NCBI GenBank assembly: GCA_034780895.1
Contig: JAUZTB010000107.1
Span: 70,632,158-70,696,157 of the forward strand
Length of the DNA: 64,000 nt
Origin: Rhynchobatus australiae
Lineage: Eukaryota
Direction: 5' to 3'
Shown: positions 11,346 to 24,985 of the stretch, piece after piece
How the letters are laid out: each line of letters starts with the position of its first letter
How positions within the stretch are numbered: the first letter of the stretch is position 1
Program-made: the position numbers and the translations under genes
The notes under the pieces: model-generated
The model's database searches: none
What the model was told of the DNA's origin: nothing
Seen by the model: the letters and a program-made list of their open reading frames with translations, nothing else

Positions 11346-14300
11346 GAATCTAACTAACTCTCCATCTGAAGTTATGCTAATGAGCTGACCTCAGGAAGTT
11401 GGGTGTAAACAGCCTATCTTTAAATACTTGCCTATAGTCAATCTGGCAGTACTAATGTTAGGATACTTGGATTCTTCAAGTCATCTTTGGCACTGCAAAG
11501 ATTAATAATCCTGTTTTGAAGATTTATAGAAAACCCTCAAGGTGCAATAATTAGATTATAATTTTATTCTGGATTCCGTTGTTGTGGTTTGGTAATTACA
11601 TAACTACTACAAGAAAACTAGTGCTGAGATGAATATTTGGTTAGTCACTAACCACCATCCAGACTAAGATCAGTTTATTGTTCTGGAAGCAGATGGTTAC
11701 TTCAGAGACAGCTACTGGTAACCAATCAAACTTTTAACCGTATTTTTAAGAAACTACAAACATAATTATCAAATACCAGAGAAATGTGATGGATGCAGCA
11801 AGGCAGCATTAACAGAAAGAGTACTAGCATTACCCCAAAGAAGCTTTTCCTCAATGTGCTCACCATTGCAGTCAGATAAGATCAAGTCATCATTTCTTAT
11901 CTGAATGACTCTGGACATTATCACAGAACCATAGAATGGTCACAGATTGGAGGAGGCCTTTTGCCCTGTGATGTCTGTACTGGACCTTTGTAAGAGCAAT
12001 GCAGTTATTGCTGCCTGTTTTCTTTTCCCCCACACCCCAGCTTCTCCCCAATACTCATTTCACTGTGAGTTCTGAGAAATGGAAGACTTGCTTTGAAGAA
12101 CCACAGTCTGTATATTTATGTGCGTCTGTGGGAGGTGCTGGTTTAGCAATCTTGTATTGGCTGGTGACATTCTATGCTAAAGGAAGAATTATTTTTCAAC
12201 AGGAAGTTTTAAGTTCTGATCCAAAACCATGACCACCTTTCAGTGAAAGCACTTTGGGAAAGTTTGCACTTAACCACTCCTGTTCTGTCATTTTCTGTCC
12301 TTGCCTGTTGAAGCAGCTGGAGCTTACTAGCTTCTGGTTCCATAGAAGAATGCAACTCCTTGGGACTACGTAAAAGTGCCCAACTTTCACATCTGAGCTA
12401 AAATGAATAGGAAAAGGGACTTTGGGTGCAGTGAGCTGTAATATTATTGTTGCTCAAGATCAGAACAGGAATCCAGGGGTTGTGGGAATTGGAATATCTA
12501 TCACTTCCAGTTGGGGAACAGACTGTTGACAAAGATAAGCTGCTACTGTCTATACTCAATTACTTCTTTCCATTTGCTTGAAGTCTTGGTTAAATGCCAG
12601 TTTGGAAAATGAAGAAGCTTACTGTGTGAAAGAGACATTCCCACCAGCCAAGGGAAGGCACCTTTTAAAATGGCAGTAGTTGATGAGGTAATGTTAACTG
12701 AGACAACCCTCTTAAGGTTGGTGTTTGCTGAGATTTTATGCTCTGGTTTAAATAAAAATGCCAGAAGAATGATTTTGTTTTTAGTGAAATGGTAACAAAT
12801 GCGAGAAGATGACCAGCAGTACAGAGTTTTCTGTTGACTTAGAAAGATTTGCCTGAATTTCTTACTTTTCAAAAATTTCAATTCTCGAGTTTCTTGGTCT
12901 TGAGTTTTATGCCGAGCTCACATGCAGTCCCATAACACTACATAACATTCACATCTGCTGTTGGCTTTCTATAGGAAACCTCCAAGCAAAATTACTCTCT
13001 TGGCACAGGAGATCTTGCATGTAGATCAAAAAGTTAAGAGGACGTGACAAAGCCGTAGCAGAGTTCCAGGATCTCATCCAATTAATTGGTTGCTATGCAT
13101 AATATTGCAAAATAGCTTAATTCTTAGTGTAAATTCATTCCTCATATCTTGCCACCGTAAGTAGCATTTTATTAGTCATGTAATTGAGTCTTTTTCTTTC
13201 AGTCCTTTTTCCTAAAGATATTGATTACTAATTGGGGTAAAGTTACACCAAAGTGAGCCTTAACAATGTATATTTGTGATATATTTGACCACAAGAGCCA
13301 TCATATAGACACAGGATGGGGAAGCTAATAAAATGGAGTGGGACTTGTGACCATTTTTGTGTATAAAAGCTATTGGAGTTGCAAATAAGGAGCTTTCAGC
13401 ATCAGTTCAGTGGATTGTATTGTTGATAGAGTTTCCATGTAACTACTTCTGTACCTTTTTGTTTAATGTTCATCACAAATATTTTTGTAGTTACCATTGG
13501 TTTCTGTGCTGTGAACACTATGAAATCATAGTTAACCCCTTAAGGAGAGCAGCACCAGAAGCAGTTGAACATATTCGGAGAAAGGTGAGAGGAAGCCGTT
13601 CAAATACACAACAATGAAAAATGCAACACCCAAAATGCAAAAGGAACTCAACATCTGCAGTCTCTTGTACCTCAATGAAAAATGCAATATCACTTTAGGA
13701 AGCTTGTGTATTGAACTGGAAATTGCAGGTGACAATTGGGAGGCTGCCTGAATCTCAATTTGATCAGAAGGGCACAATGCCCTGGAGTTAAAATGTCCTA
13801 TTCCTCAGGCTGGGGCCTTTCCATTTCCCACCCATCTGATTCAGGCCTGTGTTAAAATTAGCTTTTTGGCAAGTCTTTTGATAATTATTTCATTTTGGCC
13901 GGGCACTGTGTAAAATTAGACAATCAGGAGTAAAGAGGTATGTATGCTTTGTGGAACCTGTTTGTACATGTTATGAAACCAACCACTCAGATCAAGACAA
14001 GCATTTCAAAAAATTATAATTTTGACTTTTGGGTAACAATGTAAATATTTTTGCAAAGAACAGGCATTTACAGTGATGCTAAAAGAAAGTGTTTAGCTTA
14101 TGGCTGGATTTCATGTCTATAGGGTCACTCAGTAAACCTCTGACTGTTAAACCATTTTCTGTTTGAAGGTGTGGGTAGAAAAACTGATTTATTTATTTAA
14201 TATATTTCAGTCCCTGAAGAGTACTCTAACAAGCTGGTAAGAAACAAGATTGAAAGTATGCAGGTTTGAAGGCATTAAATCATATCAAAAACTCTTTTGA

Positions 14301-14739
14301 TTTAAATACACACAGAGTAAAAGTTCTGCTACTCTGTGCCAACTATTTATCCCAATCCAACTTTAGGACGTTGCTCTCTCCTCCACCAGTGTCTTTTAAC
14401 ACTAGCTATCCTTAAGTTTCTGGCTGAAATTGCTAATTTAATACTAATTAATGTTTTCCAGTTGCTTGTCCAACATCAGATTCTGGATGAGTAAAAGTTT
14501 TCTTTCTCTCAATCTTGGCAAACCAGAAACCATCCTTTGTGGGCCCTGTGAGGATTTACACAGTTCTGGCCCTGATTCAATCAACCTGCCCAGCTGTCTC
14601 CATTGAGCAAAGGCCTGTGATTTACAGCCTTGACGTACTGCTTTGAGACAGAGTTATATTTTCTACCTCCATATTCAGTCAATTGCTACAATCGCTTTTT
14701 TTTCCGTCACTGGAACGTTGCCTGTTTATTCTTCTACAC

Positions 14740-16195
14740 CCACTCTATCATCCAGCCACCCCTCCTCTCCCAAGAGTTGCTGAAATTCTACTCCAAACAC
14801 ACAATGCTTATGATTACATCACTCTCTTCATTGGCCACCATGTTACACCCTGAACAAATACCAGCTAAACTGCAACTCTGCCATTTAGCATCCTCACAGG
14901 CCCATTTACTTGCCTGACTTGAAATTCAGCTTTGCCTTGTTGGTGTGCTTAAGTGTCATTACATGTGGCTCCAGTTCCATATTCGATCCTTTTTTTATTC
15001 CACCAGTCCCAACAAGTCTGGAACAACATTGGCATGGTTTCTGTATTAAACCATGACTTGTGCGGGTCCATTCTTTCATAGTAGCAGACACTTTGCTGCA
15101 CAGCGATCGTGAAGGATGTCATCTCTTAACTACACACACCCCATGGCAGCCAGACAACAACAGCTCGCATTATGGCTGACAGGGAAGAGAGATTTGCAGA
15201 GGGAAATTTTCCTCCCTCTCCCCCTCCCAAGATTCCTTGAGAAAGAAACGGAAAGGATGATGTCTGCCAGGAGGCAGAACCCACGTACAATTGAAAAATG
15301 CTGGAAAAACCTCATGCCCTTGAATGTCATGGGAACCACTACTGCACTCTGTATGCTGCTCTTTAACATACACAAATGCACACCTTCCTGACTCCATCCC
15401 CTCTCCTCTTGGACACCATGAGTACCTCCAGTGACCTTACAACTAGATGTTTTTTTATAGGCTGCCATATGATTGTAAGATAAGATTTCTTTATTACTGA
15501 CATGTACATTGAAACACACAGTGAAATGTGTCTTTTGTGTAGATTGTTCTGGGGGCAGCCTACAAGTGTCACCACCCGGTGCTAACATAACATGCCCACA
15601 GCTCCAAACCCGTACGTCTTTGGAATGTGGGAGGAAACCAGAGCACCTGGAGGAAACCCACACGGACATGGGGAGAATGTACCAACTCCTTGCAGACAGT
15701 GGCCAGAATTGAACCCAGGTCGCTGGTGTTATAATAGCATTATGCTAACTGCCATACTATGGACTAGGAACTCCAGTTCTCTGGGGAAGACTTCAGACTT
15801 GTCTTCCACAACAATTGACGTCATTAGGCACATGTCTGGTCCTGGGAAAACTTCAGACAATACTGTGCATCCTGACCAGAAGTGCATGGTCCAGTTCTGC
15901 TACTAATGTGATTTCATCTGACACAATGTACTGCAGGTTGCTGTTCTATCCATTTTCTAAGCAAACCTCTCCTGCCGCTTTGTGCCTCGAAATCCATTTG
16001 TAGATCTGTGTCTCAAAATCTCTCCAAAGTTTCACTTCAACCTTCCTGAACGGCTCACTTAAATTCTTGCTGGACTCTCCACTGACTGTAAGAATTAGCT
16101 TGCATCCTCATTTCTCTCCTTCACCAGAAGAAGAAACATCACTCAACTACAAATTTGTCCTCCCGAATTCATGCTGTCCAAGTTTTCCATGTCAT
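14740..16195 (+). mobile_element. Old L2-like LINE remnant, interrupted by the SINE at 15476-15760
   Basis: C-rich decayed sequence with remnants resembling L2 ORF2 (cttggacaccatg...ccttacaactaga; ctggccagacttcag-like; ctccaaagtttc). No intact ORF; family call tentative. Confidence 0.4.
15476..15760 (-). mobile_element. V-SINE, same tail subfamily as 9754-10049
   Basis: taagataagatttctttatta..gacatgtacattgaaacacacagtgaaatg...ggaatgtgggaggaaaccagagcacctggaggaaaccca...gaattgaaccc. Confidence 0.88.
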
Positions 16196-16199
16196 CATC

Positions 16200-16581
16200 A
16201 ACATAGAAATATTTTGAATGTTGAAAGGACTGGACAGAGTAGATGTGGCTAAGTTTTTTCCCTTGGTGGGTGAGTCCAGGACTAGAGGGCACAGTCTTAG
16301 AATTAGAGGGTATCCATTTAGAACAGAAATAACAAGAAATTTCTTTAGCCAGAGGGTTGTGGATTTATGGAATTCGTTGCCACATACAGCTGTGGAGGCC
16401 TGATCATTGGGGGTGTTTAAGGAGGTGATTGATAGGTATCTAATTAGTCAAGGTATCAAGGGATATGGGGATAAGGCTGGAAACTGGGGCTAGATGGGAA
16501 TAGTTTAGCTCATGGTGAGGTAGTGGAGCAGACTCAATGGGCCGAATGGCCTAGTTCTGCTCCTTTGTCTTGTGATCTTGC
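16200..16581 (+). mobile_element. CR1 (HER1-like) LINE 3' end
   Basis: ORF 16218-16403 (MLKGLDRVD...ESRTRGHSLRIRG.PFRTE..RNFFSQRVV.LWNSLP) is the typical CR1 ORF2 C-terminus. Tail gggccgaatggcct..ttctgctcct. Confidence 0.9.
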
Positions 16582-17799
16582 AGTCTATGATCTCCTGTCT
16601 TCAAAAGCTTCCCAAAACTCTCCTCTTATAATGTGCATGTAGTCTTCTCCCCCAAATAAGTACAAATTGTTGGTGGACTGGAGGTAGTTCCATATTGTGA
16701 ATCTGAATGCACAAGAAAATGGATTGCATAGAAGCAAAGTTATTTCGCTAAAACACTTAGCAACTAGCATTTGAACTGAGAAAAGAAAACATGTGTTTTA
16801 ACCATTTGTAACATCTAGACTTCATGTTTAACTATATTTTCTGTTACAGGGAGCCTTTCATATTTATTGTTCTACAGACTAGTGAAAGATTTTAAAGCTA
16901 AGTGAAGTGCAGCATTAATCATTGCTGGTTTAATANNNNNNNNNNTTTTACCTGGCAGCAACAGTGAATTACTTTTGTTGCTGGCAGTAATCAGTTACTG
17001 CTGAACTGCCAGAATTATGTGTGGAGATTGGCAGTATTACCTACCCAGCATCTAAACCTGACATCTGCTACATTTTGACAAAAGCAGAATCAATAAAACC
17101 TAAGTGAATTCTGTCTTGGAATGAAGAAATACTGATTAAAACCAAATTCATTTTTTAATGTTATCAACAATCACTCAGCTAAGAATGAAACTTAAGTAAC
17201 GTGGAATGAATGTCATGGTTGCCCTCTTGTTGAATGAGGGTGAAGTTTTTTTTCTCTATTCATTAGCTGCAGTGAAATTCTAAACCTGTTTATAAAACAC
17301 ATTTTTATGCTTTTACATTTTACTCAGAGGAAATCTCCCCCTATAATACTTCCACCCTCTGTTATTCATTGAATTGTTTCAATAGTTAGTATAAAGCCAG
17401 TTCTCATGTACAATAAAAAATTCGATAATACATGTTAATCCTTCCACATTTATGTAATGTAAATTGTTTACGATTAAGTCTGAAGTACACTTTCAATGAA
17501 TATACGTCATTTAACAAATGCAGCAATTAAATAGGAATAGTGCAAAATTATTAAAGAATTTAGACAGTGGGAGTAATGTTAACCTTGTTTTCTGGCAAAA
17601 AACAGACAAGAATGAATTGATGGTCTGTTTTAGATCTTGCACAAATTTGTTTCCATTGCAAAAGGCATTTGGTTGAGATATAAAGCCATTGACTATTTTA
17701 CATATAATAAAGTCAAAAATTAAGTTGACCCTTTTTTCATATTCTGTATACCAATTCTATTTTAAGGAGTTTATTGTAAATAGAACACTTTATATGTAT

Positions 17800-17945
17800 A
17801 TTGCACTTGTATAGTCTTTCTAGTATTCTGGGATGTCCAAAACACTTTACAACCAATAAAATATCTTTTAAAATGTGTCCATTGTGATAATGGAGAAAAT
17901 ATGATAGCTGACTGGTACATGGCAAAATCCCACAAACAACAATGC
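17800..17945 (-). mobile_element. DeuSINE/L2-type 3' tail fragment
   Basis: gggatgtccaaaacactttacaaccaat...aatcccacaaacaacaat resembles the tails at about 34400 and 61890. Confidence 0.45.
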
Positions 17946-19547
17946 CCAAGTCTTGTTCCCTTGTGAACTAATCGAATAATATGGATCTCCTATTGGATCT
18001 CTTGGCTTAATACATAAATACTTTCTTGAAGCATTAGCTAATTTCAGCCAGGGCAGCGGTATGAGTTGAGTACTATAATTGTCTTCGGTGCCCTTGGGTT
18101 AGGGAGAGGAGAACTAAATTGATGATTTCCTAATTATTTCCGACAAACAGAAGTCGATGTGGCTGTGAGGCTGTCTGCTGGTAAATGGTCTGCTAACACA
18201 GTCAAGAAGTGCACAAGAATAATGATCAGCTGCAAAGTACTGCCACATGTTTGGTGCTCATAGAACATCTTTCCAATAAGGGGATGATATCTCAGGGAGA
18301 GTGCAGGAAACTAATGGAAATATGATAACTCCATGAAAAATTGTTAGGAATGAGTAAAAATGGAATTAGTTTTGAAGAAACTGGTAGGACATTGGATGAG
18401 TCATAAATCCCAATAGAAATCACATTGCTCATTTTGTTGAAAGCAGTAGGCCATTGTCTCAATCCTCTTTAAATGCACATTGTCAAAGGGGATTGGAGGT
18501 TAACTAATGTACTACTTATGAACAAAAAAGGAAAGATGTTTTTTGACCAGTTGGTCTAACGTCATACCTGAAAAAAGCTGGTATGCATCATTTGAGATCT
18601 AACTAGTGAATACTTAGGTATGTATGAAATCATGACATTGGCATAGATTTGTTAAAGGCAGGATTGGTTTGAAGAAATAGCTGGAAGTATAAAATAGTTG
18701 TGCAGTAAATAGTCATTTTTAATGATTTATTTTGATGATTCAGAAGTTTGTAATGATAATAAAAAAAAGCATTTGGGTTTAGAGGAAACAGAACAGCAGC
18801 AAATTGATGAAAGGAAACAAATTGTTTGACTCTCTGAGTATTGGGTATCAGTTGGAAGTCGTGCAACCCAGTACCAAATGTAGGATTCCCTTTTGACCTT
18901 GGATGATTGTGCTTCAGCACAGGAGATTAAAATTTCCTGATGTGAAAGAATAACTGTTAATAAATTGAATTCTAAATTGTTTCCCTTCATTTTCACTGTA
19001 TGCATGAACACTGAAATTCAATTCTGTGTGCATAAATCATTACTGCAATCTGAAGGGTCGCTGTTGCAATGAATTTGCACAAGACGCATAACTAGCAACT
19101 ACTGAAAAGTAGGCTTTATTCAAACTCTTAATTGCAAAGACTAAGTGCTTGCACAGCACAGTGCTTGCCAGAGGCATGAAGTGATCAATCTCCGTCAGAC
19201 TTGGGATATTTAGCATTTTTGAATCCCACTTCTTGCAAGTGTTGGTCCGAGGTTCTTGTGTGGTCCCAGGTTCTCATCATCTTCCAGGGTTCAGTCAGAA
19301 GTTAAATCCTGTTTACAGGATCCATCTCCCTCCTGTTCCTTCTGTTTTCCTTTAAAGAGACTGTTTCACCTTATCAATCTGATCCAGATTTGACCCATCT
19401 GAGCCATCTTTGACCCACTGCAGTTAAACTATTGGTTGCCACTGTGTCACCTTCTATTTACCACTTCATTAAAGTATAGCATCTTAATTGGAATTACTGA
19501 GCCAATCAAGTTCAGATGAGTGCATGATTAATTACTGTCCACAATTC

Positions 19548-20102
19548 ATTGAACACAGAATAGTACAGCACAGGAACAGGCCCTTTAGCCACAATGTCTG
19601 TGCTGACCACGATGCTAATTTAATCTGCACATAATCGATATTCCTCCATTCCCTGCCTGTTCATGTGCCTGTCTAAATGCCTCTTATTGTATCTGCTTCC
19701 ACCATCTCGTTCATGCGCGTGTGTGTGTGATCGAAAACTTGTAACTCTCCTTTAAATTATTCCCCTCTCATCTTAAAGCTATGCCCTCTAATATTGATAT
19801 TTCTGCCATGGGATTAAGATTGACTATCTCCCCTATTTATTTCCTTCCATAACTTTATATACTCCATCAGGTTGTCCCTCTGCCTCTGAAGCTCCAGAGT
19901 AAACTAAGTATGTCAAACCAACCCTTATAGCTAGTGCTGTCTAATCCACGCAACATCCTTCTTGTAATGCAGTGAATACAACTGCACACAATACTCCAAA
20001 AGTGGCTAACCAAAGTTCTATACAGCTACAATTTGACTTTTATACTCAATGCCCCAAGCAGTGAAGGCAAGTGTGCCATACACCTTCTTTACCACCCTAT
20101 CT
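19548..20102 (-). mobile_element. CR1 LINE 3' fragment
   Basis: gaacacagaatagtacagcacaggaacaggccct...gcctgtctaaatgcctct...actgcacacaatactccaaa.gtggc. Confidence 0.85.
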
Positions 20103-20187
20103 TAAGATCAAGATTCCATTCTCCTCTTTATGTCTGGTGGTCTCGTGATCAGACTTTATGGCATAGGTATTTTTCTAAGCTTATGAC

Positions 20188-20219
20188 TATGGTTATTTCC
20201 TTTATGGTTATTTCCTTTA
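20188..20219. repeat. Perfect 15-bp tandem duplication
   Basis: (tatggttatttcctt)x2 followed by ta. Confidence 0.85.
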
Positions 20220-21814
20220 CTGTGGAAATAGTCCATAGAGCTATTGAGGGTTTGGTGTCTACCAGGGGTGCCTTCAGAATAAACATGTTGTGCTTATTTT
20301 GTCACAGCTCCAGCTATTCATAGTGTCAGTTTAGGATTTTTTTCTCTAGTAACTTCAATACATTGTGAATTCTCCCACAAGCTTGGAGTGAAGAATGGAG
20401 ATAGCAGAATGACACCAAATGACACCAGTGATTTCATTATTTTGGTTTATAGTTCATACATGATTGTCATTTCTGTGGAAAGAATCCTGTGTCATTTTAC
20501 TTTAGTTAAAGTGATTCTGATGTTCCAATAACTAGTAGGATATCATTTGTCACAATTCTCACAGGTAAATTTAAACCTTGAGAAAATCGTAAATTATAAA
20601 GACTCACGTGAAAGGCTAAATGGCAGAGGGACAGGAATTTGCTTTTCTGTCATTATGAATGTTCATGCAGAAAAGTGTGCCTGTAGTGTAATGCAGTATC
20701 TGAAGATGGAAGGTGATTTCCAAAGCATTGCACCATTCTGATTGTGAGGTAATACTCCTGTGAATTAGAACAAAAATGCCACAAATCCTCCTGTGAATCC
20801 TGATGGGGGAGTGCAACATCCCCTGAGCTAAGAAGCTTCAATTACAAGGCCTCCATTGCTGAATTGGTATTTGCAACAATTGCATTTAAACAGGAGCAAA
20901 TAACAGGCTTGGGAAATTTGTTTCTCGGAAGCACACCTTTATATTAAGAAGTACTGTGGTCCATAATTAAGTCCTATGAGTGCCCTTTATCATTTACAGA
21001 GTAGCAGTTTCATCTGCTGGATGGTGACATTTAAGTGCCACTTTCTCAACAAATCTGTGCAAACAGCAATTAAACATGAGGATTTCCCAGCTCAGTGGAG
21101 GCAAGGATGTTAGAACATTTTTGCATCACTAATTCAACGAGAAAGCATCTAAATCAATAGCTTATGAATGTAATTTGTTAGAATGTACCTATAAATTTCA
21201 TTTCCACCAGCCAAAGAAAATACAGCATGGCAATAATACCAGTAAAAAAAGTCAGGAGAGATGCTGGCATGTATAAAGTACTAATCAATTAACACACATA
21301 GTAACATCCTCACACCACCAGCAGTACCCACTAATGCACACACAAATACATACTGATAAGATAATATGTGCATGTTTATTAATTTATATGCCACTAACTA
21401 CCCTGAAAATGTTTTCAAGTTTTCCACAATTGCTATTAGGTCACACGAATTGCAATAAGTAGTTGCTGGGAGATGCAGAAGAAATAGCTTTCCTGTGAAA
21501 ATGATCTGCAGCCCAAATGACAAGATGAAATTTATTTGAAATTCTACCTAAAGCATAACTAAAGAGCCATATAAGTACAACAGCAATAATTTCAGGACAG
21601 AGACCAGAATTTTCTAAATCAGAAATGCATAGGGAGGGCTACATTTATAATCCAAATAACTTTCAAGGGCCATTCCTGAAAAATCTGGTTACTTTAATCA
21701 TACATAACCACATGTTTGAAGATACAATGCCCTAGTTTTCTGCTCACTGCCCCCACTCATCACATCTCTAGTTGCCCTACCATTTTGTCAATGAGATTAA
21801 TATCTCCCATAAGA

Positions 21815-22010
21815 ATATTCTGAAAATGTTCAGCAGGTCTGGCAGCATTTGTGAAGAGAGAAACGGGAAGTTAATATTTCAGGTCAATGACTTTACATCA
21901 GAACCATTGAAAGGTCATCAACATGAAACTAACTGGTTTTCTCTCTGCATTTGTGCTTGCCTCATTGAGTATTTATTTCAGATTTCCAGTATCTGCACTG
22001 TTTTGCTTTT
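21815..22010. mobile_element. Short palindromic Penelope-derived element (two inverted pLTR ends)
   Basis: The left arm agagagaaac...gttaatatttcaggtcaatgacttt pairs imperfectly with the right arm aaaggtcatcaacatgaaactaactggttttctctct. Ends in ttcagatttccagtatctgca. Confidence 0.6.
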
Positions 22011-22467
22011 CAACATCTCCCATGTTCTTTTTTTAAGAGTACACAACATTGCCACTGATGGGTAAGGAGAAAGGTATTTTATTTAGAGTAGGACCTAGAG
22101 AAGACCCCGAGGCAATGATAACCCTACATTCGGAGATAAGCTCTACAAGGCAATACTCCAAGCCATTCAGAAAAATACATAAGGCTTTTTTTTATATAGT
22201 TAGCTGTTCAAACAATTTTCTCAGGAGGCAAACATTTAAGGGAGCTGTATATATTTCTGCCCTCAATAATTTGTGCCTTTTGCAGTATTGGCTTTATCTG
22301 AGAATCCCTCAAGTTCAAATACACATGCCTGTCTCTAATTAGCAAAATCAAACTAAAAGGGAGGCTGGAACCAGGATGTTCATTAAAAGAAACTTACAGC
22401 CCAACGTTCCCATACAGCTCTTTGAAATTGCAGTTTGAGCCATTGCAAAATCTATTTTCACCCGTGC

Positions 22468-22680
22468 CAGCCAAGTACTGTACTTAAGTGTTACACAATG
22501 ACAGACTTGTTCCCACCAATCCTGTACCCCAGTGTTAGGCAGTGGTATACCTGTTCCCACCAGTATTATACTCCTATATGGTGTCAGACCTGCAACCACC
22601 AGTACTATGCCCAGTGTTACGTAGTGACAAATTTGCCCACAGTGTATTGTGCACAGCATTATTGGGACAAGCCTATGCCC
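22468..22680. repeat. Degenerate minisatellite of about 40-44 bp, about 5 copies
   Basis: Units approximate ccaccagtactgtaccccagtgttacacagtgacagacctgttc. Confidence 0.75.
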
Positions 22681-24539
22681 TCCAGCGCCCACTTCTCATT
22701 GACACTGCTATCAAGTGATATTTGCTGTTAATAAGGCAGGCGTTCATAATAAATGAATAACTTTCAAAAAGTACTGCACATCATTTTCATACAGAGATAT
22801 ACCTGTATCCACCTGTGTTTTACTATGATAGATCAGTATCTACTATACAGNNNNNNNNNNNNNNNNNNNNNNNNNNNNNNNNNNNNNNNNNNNNNNNNNN
22901 NNNNNNNNNNNNNNNNNNNNNNNNNNNNNNNNNNNNNNNNNNNNNNNNNNCTGATTTTTTTTAGGTGCCACAGGATTGAATCATAGCATAAAATTGATTG
23001 TGAGCTCTGGTTGCTTATTGGGCATTTTGAAATGAGGGGTTCATTCGTGCTTCTGTCCACATACCAAAAGCACAGAAGCACATGCAGGAATAATGTCAGT
23101 CATTACTCAGACATAATTGATGTTTCCCCTGTAATTAACACACAGTATGGGCCACATTCAGCAAATTGGTTCTGAACAGTAGGAACAAGCTCTGCACCTG
23201 TGCTATTTAAAAGGATCATCAGTTACTTGCAGTTTTGCTCAGGATTCTTTTGGAGCAAGGCTCTCTAGGGTCAGCAACACTCACGCTTCAGATTTCTAAG
23301 CATTTTGGATGTGAAGGATTCTGCTTTCTTTTAAAAGTTTGTGGTTTTATTAGGTCTCCAGAATGACCAGTAGGAGAGGGGCCAAAGGCAAAGCTTTGAA
23401 GAGGCCAATAATGAATCGAGAAGCCTTTGGGTATGATGAAAGCCCATTACAGTTTTCTGTTGTAGGCATTGATTGCCTGCTGTACCTCCTGCAAGAGAAA
23501 TCGAAGAATGTTAGTGATTGTGTTGCAAAATGTTTTTCTGATGGCTGAACAGCAAAGTGTGGAAGGTGTGAGATATGGATGTTTGTGTGATTGCAGTGGT
23601 AATTGTGTGATTGTTAGGATTGTGATTATTGCTCTTTGAGTGATAGGGGAGTTGTACAGATGTGGCTGGGCACTTAGACATAGAAAACTAAAGCACAGTA
23701 CAGGCACTCTAGCCCACGATGTTGTGCCGATATCATTGATACATGGGTTTTATTGCTGCTTTGACTGACTGCTTTTGACCATTCATAAACACCTACAAGC
23801 ACTGTGGCCAGGTCCTTGGAATTACACTTGGTCCTGACTTAACCAGATCTTCCCTCTTTTGCCTCTGCCTTGATGGGCTTCCTGGGTCCTCAAGTGTGCA
23901 GTACCAATCTCCAGGAGTCCATATCTTCCATCTTGATGTCATTGATGAAATAGCAGCCTGCTCTCTGCTCTGTTCTACCATTCTTCTCTACAATACTCCC
24001 CCCAGCTATGCAGCAACTTTCAGCAACAGCTAGATTTGGTGCTTTGCTCTCCTTTTAAGAGGTGCAGGTGTGACATGAAGTTAATGTTCACTAATTTCAG
24101 CTGGAACTCTGGATTCTGACAATCACTTGTGTGTAATGTATGCAAAGGGAGACAGCATCACAAGCAGCAGCTAAATGCAGAAAAATCAAGTCAAAGTGCA
24201 CACTATGCCATTTTAGTGAATGAAATTATGAGCTTAAATCTCTACTATATTTATTTTGAAGAGTACAAATCTTCTCCAAACTAGTGCATTCAGACACTGA
24301 AGTCAAATGTTTTTTTGTTCCATGATAAAGTAAAATAACTTAAGAACAGGTGATGCTAGATTTAATGAGTGTTCAGTCTAATCAACTAATACAAATGAAG
24401 AGAAACAACATCAGTGTGGATGGCATAATGACCCAGCAGGTAATGCCACTGCTTTACATTTCCAGCAACCACTGTTGACCTAGAAATGAGAGCAAAGGAG
24501 GTTAGGATAACTTGTCCAAGATGATAACTAGACCAGTTA

Positions 24540-24985
24540 TAATACTGAGTACCCAATTATGGAAAGGACATTGAAGCCTTGGAGAACAGAAGCACATTTG
24601 CAGACAGTGCAGATTCACCAGGATGATGCTAGAGCCAACCTGCTAGAGAAAAGCAAGCTCAGAGGAAAATTAATAGAGGTTTTCAGAATTATGAAGGATT
24701 TTGACAGTGATTAAGGAAAAGCTATTTCCTCTCACTGGGGAGCCAGTGACAAGGGTTCATCAATTTAAAATTCTCATTGAGCAGAAAGAAGTTAGAAGAA
24801 ACTTCTTTACTCAGAGCTGTGGTAACAAGTATAAAGTGCCACAACTTGAGGAAGTAACTATTGTACCTTAAGAGAAAAAGGGATAAATATTTGAAGCAAG
24901 GAATTTCAGGATAATAGAATGTTTGTTTGCTTCATTGAAGAACCAGCAGCTAAATCATGGGCTTTTCAGTCTTCTATGTTGTAGG
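24540..24985 (+). mobile_element. Old CR1 LINE 3' fragment
   Basis: ggaaaggacattgaagccttggaga...agattcaccaggatgat...agaggttttcagaattatgaagg...aacttctttactcagag. Confidence 0.7.

Noticed and set aside
22435-22731. Regularly spaced repeats resembling a CRISPR array, and a Cys/Tyr/Pro-rich 98-aa ORF
   Set aside because: The units are contiguous degenerate tandem copies without unique spacers, there are no cas genes, and the context is vertebrate. The ORF is simply the translation of the minisatellite.
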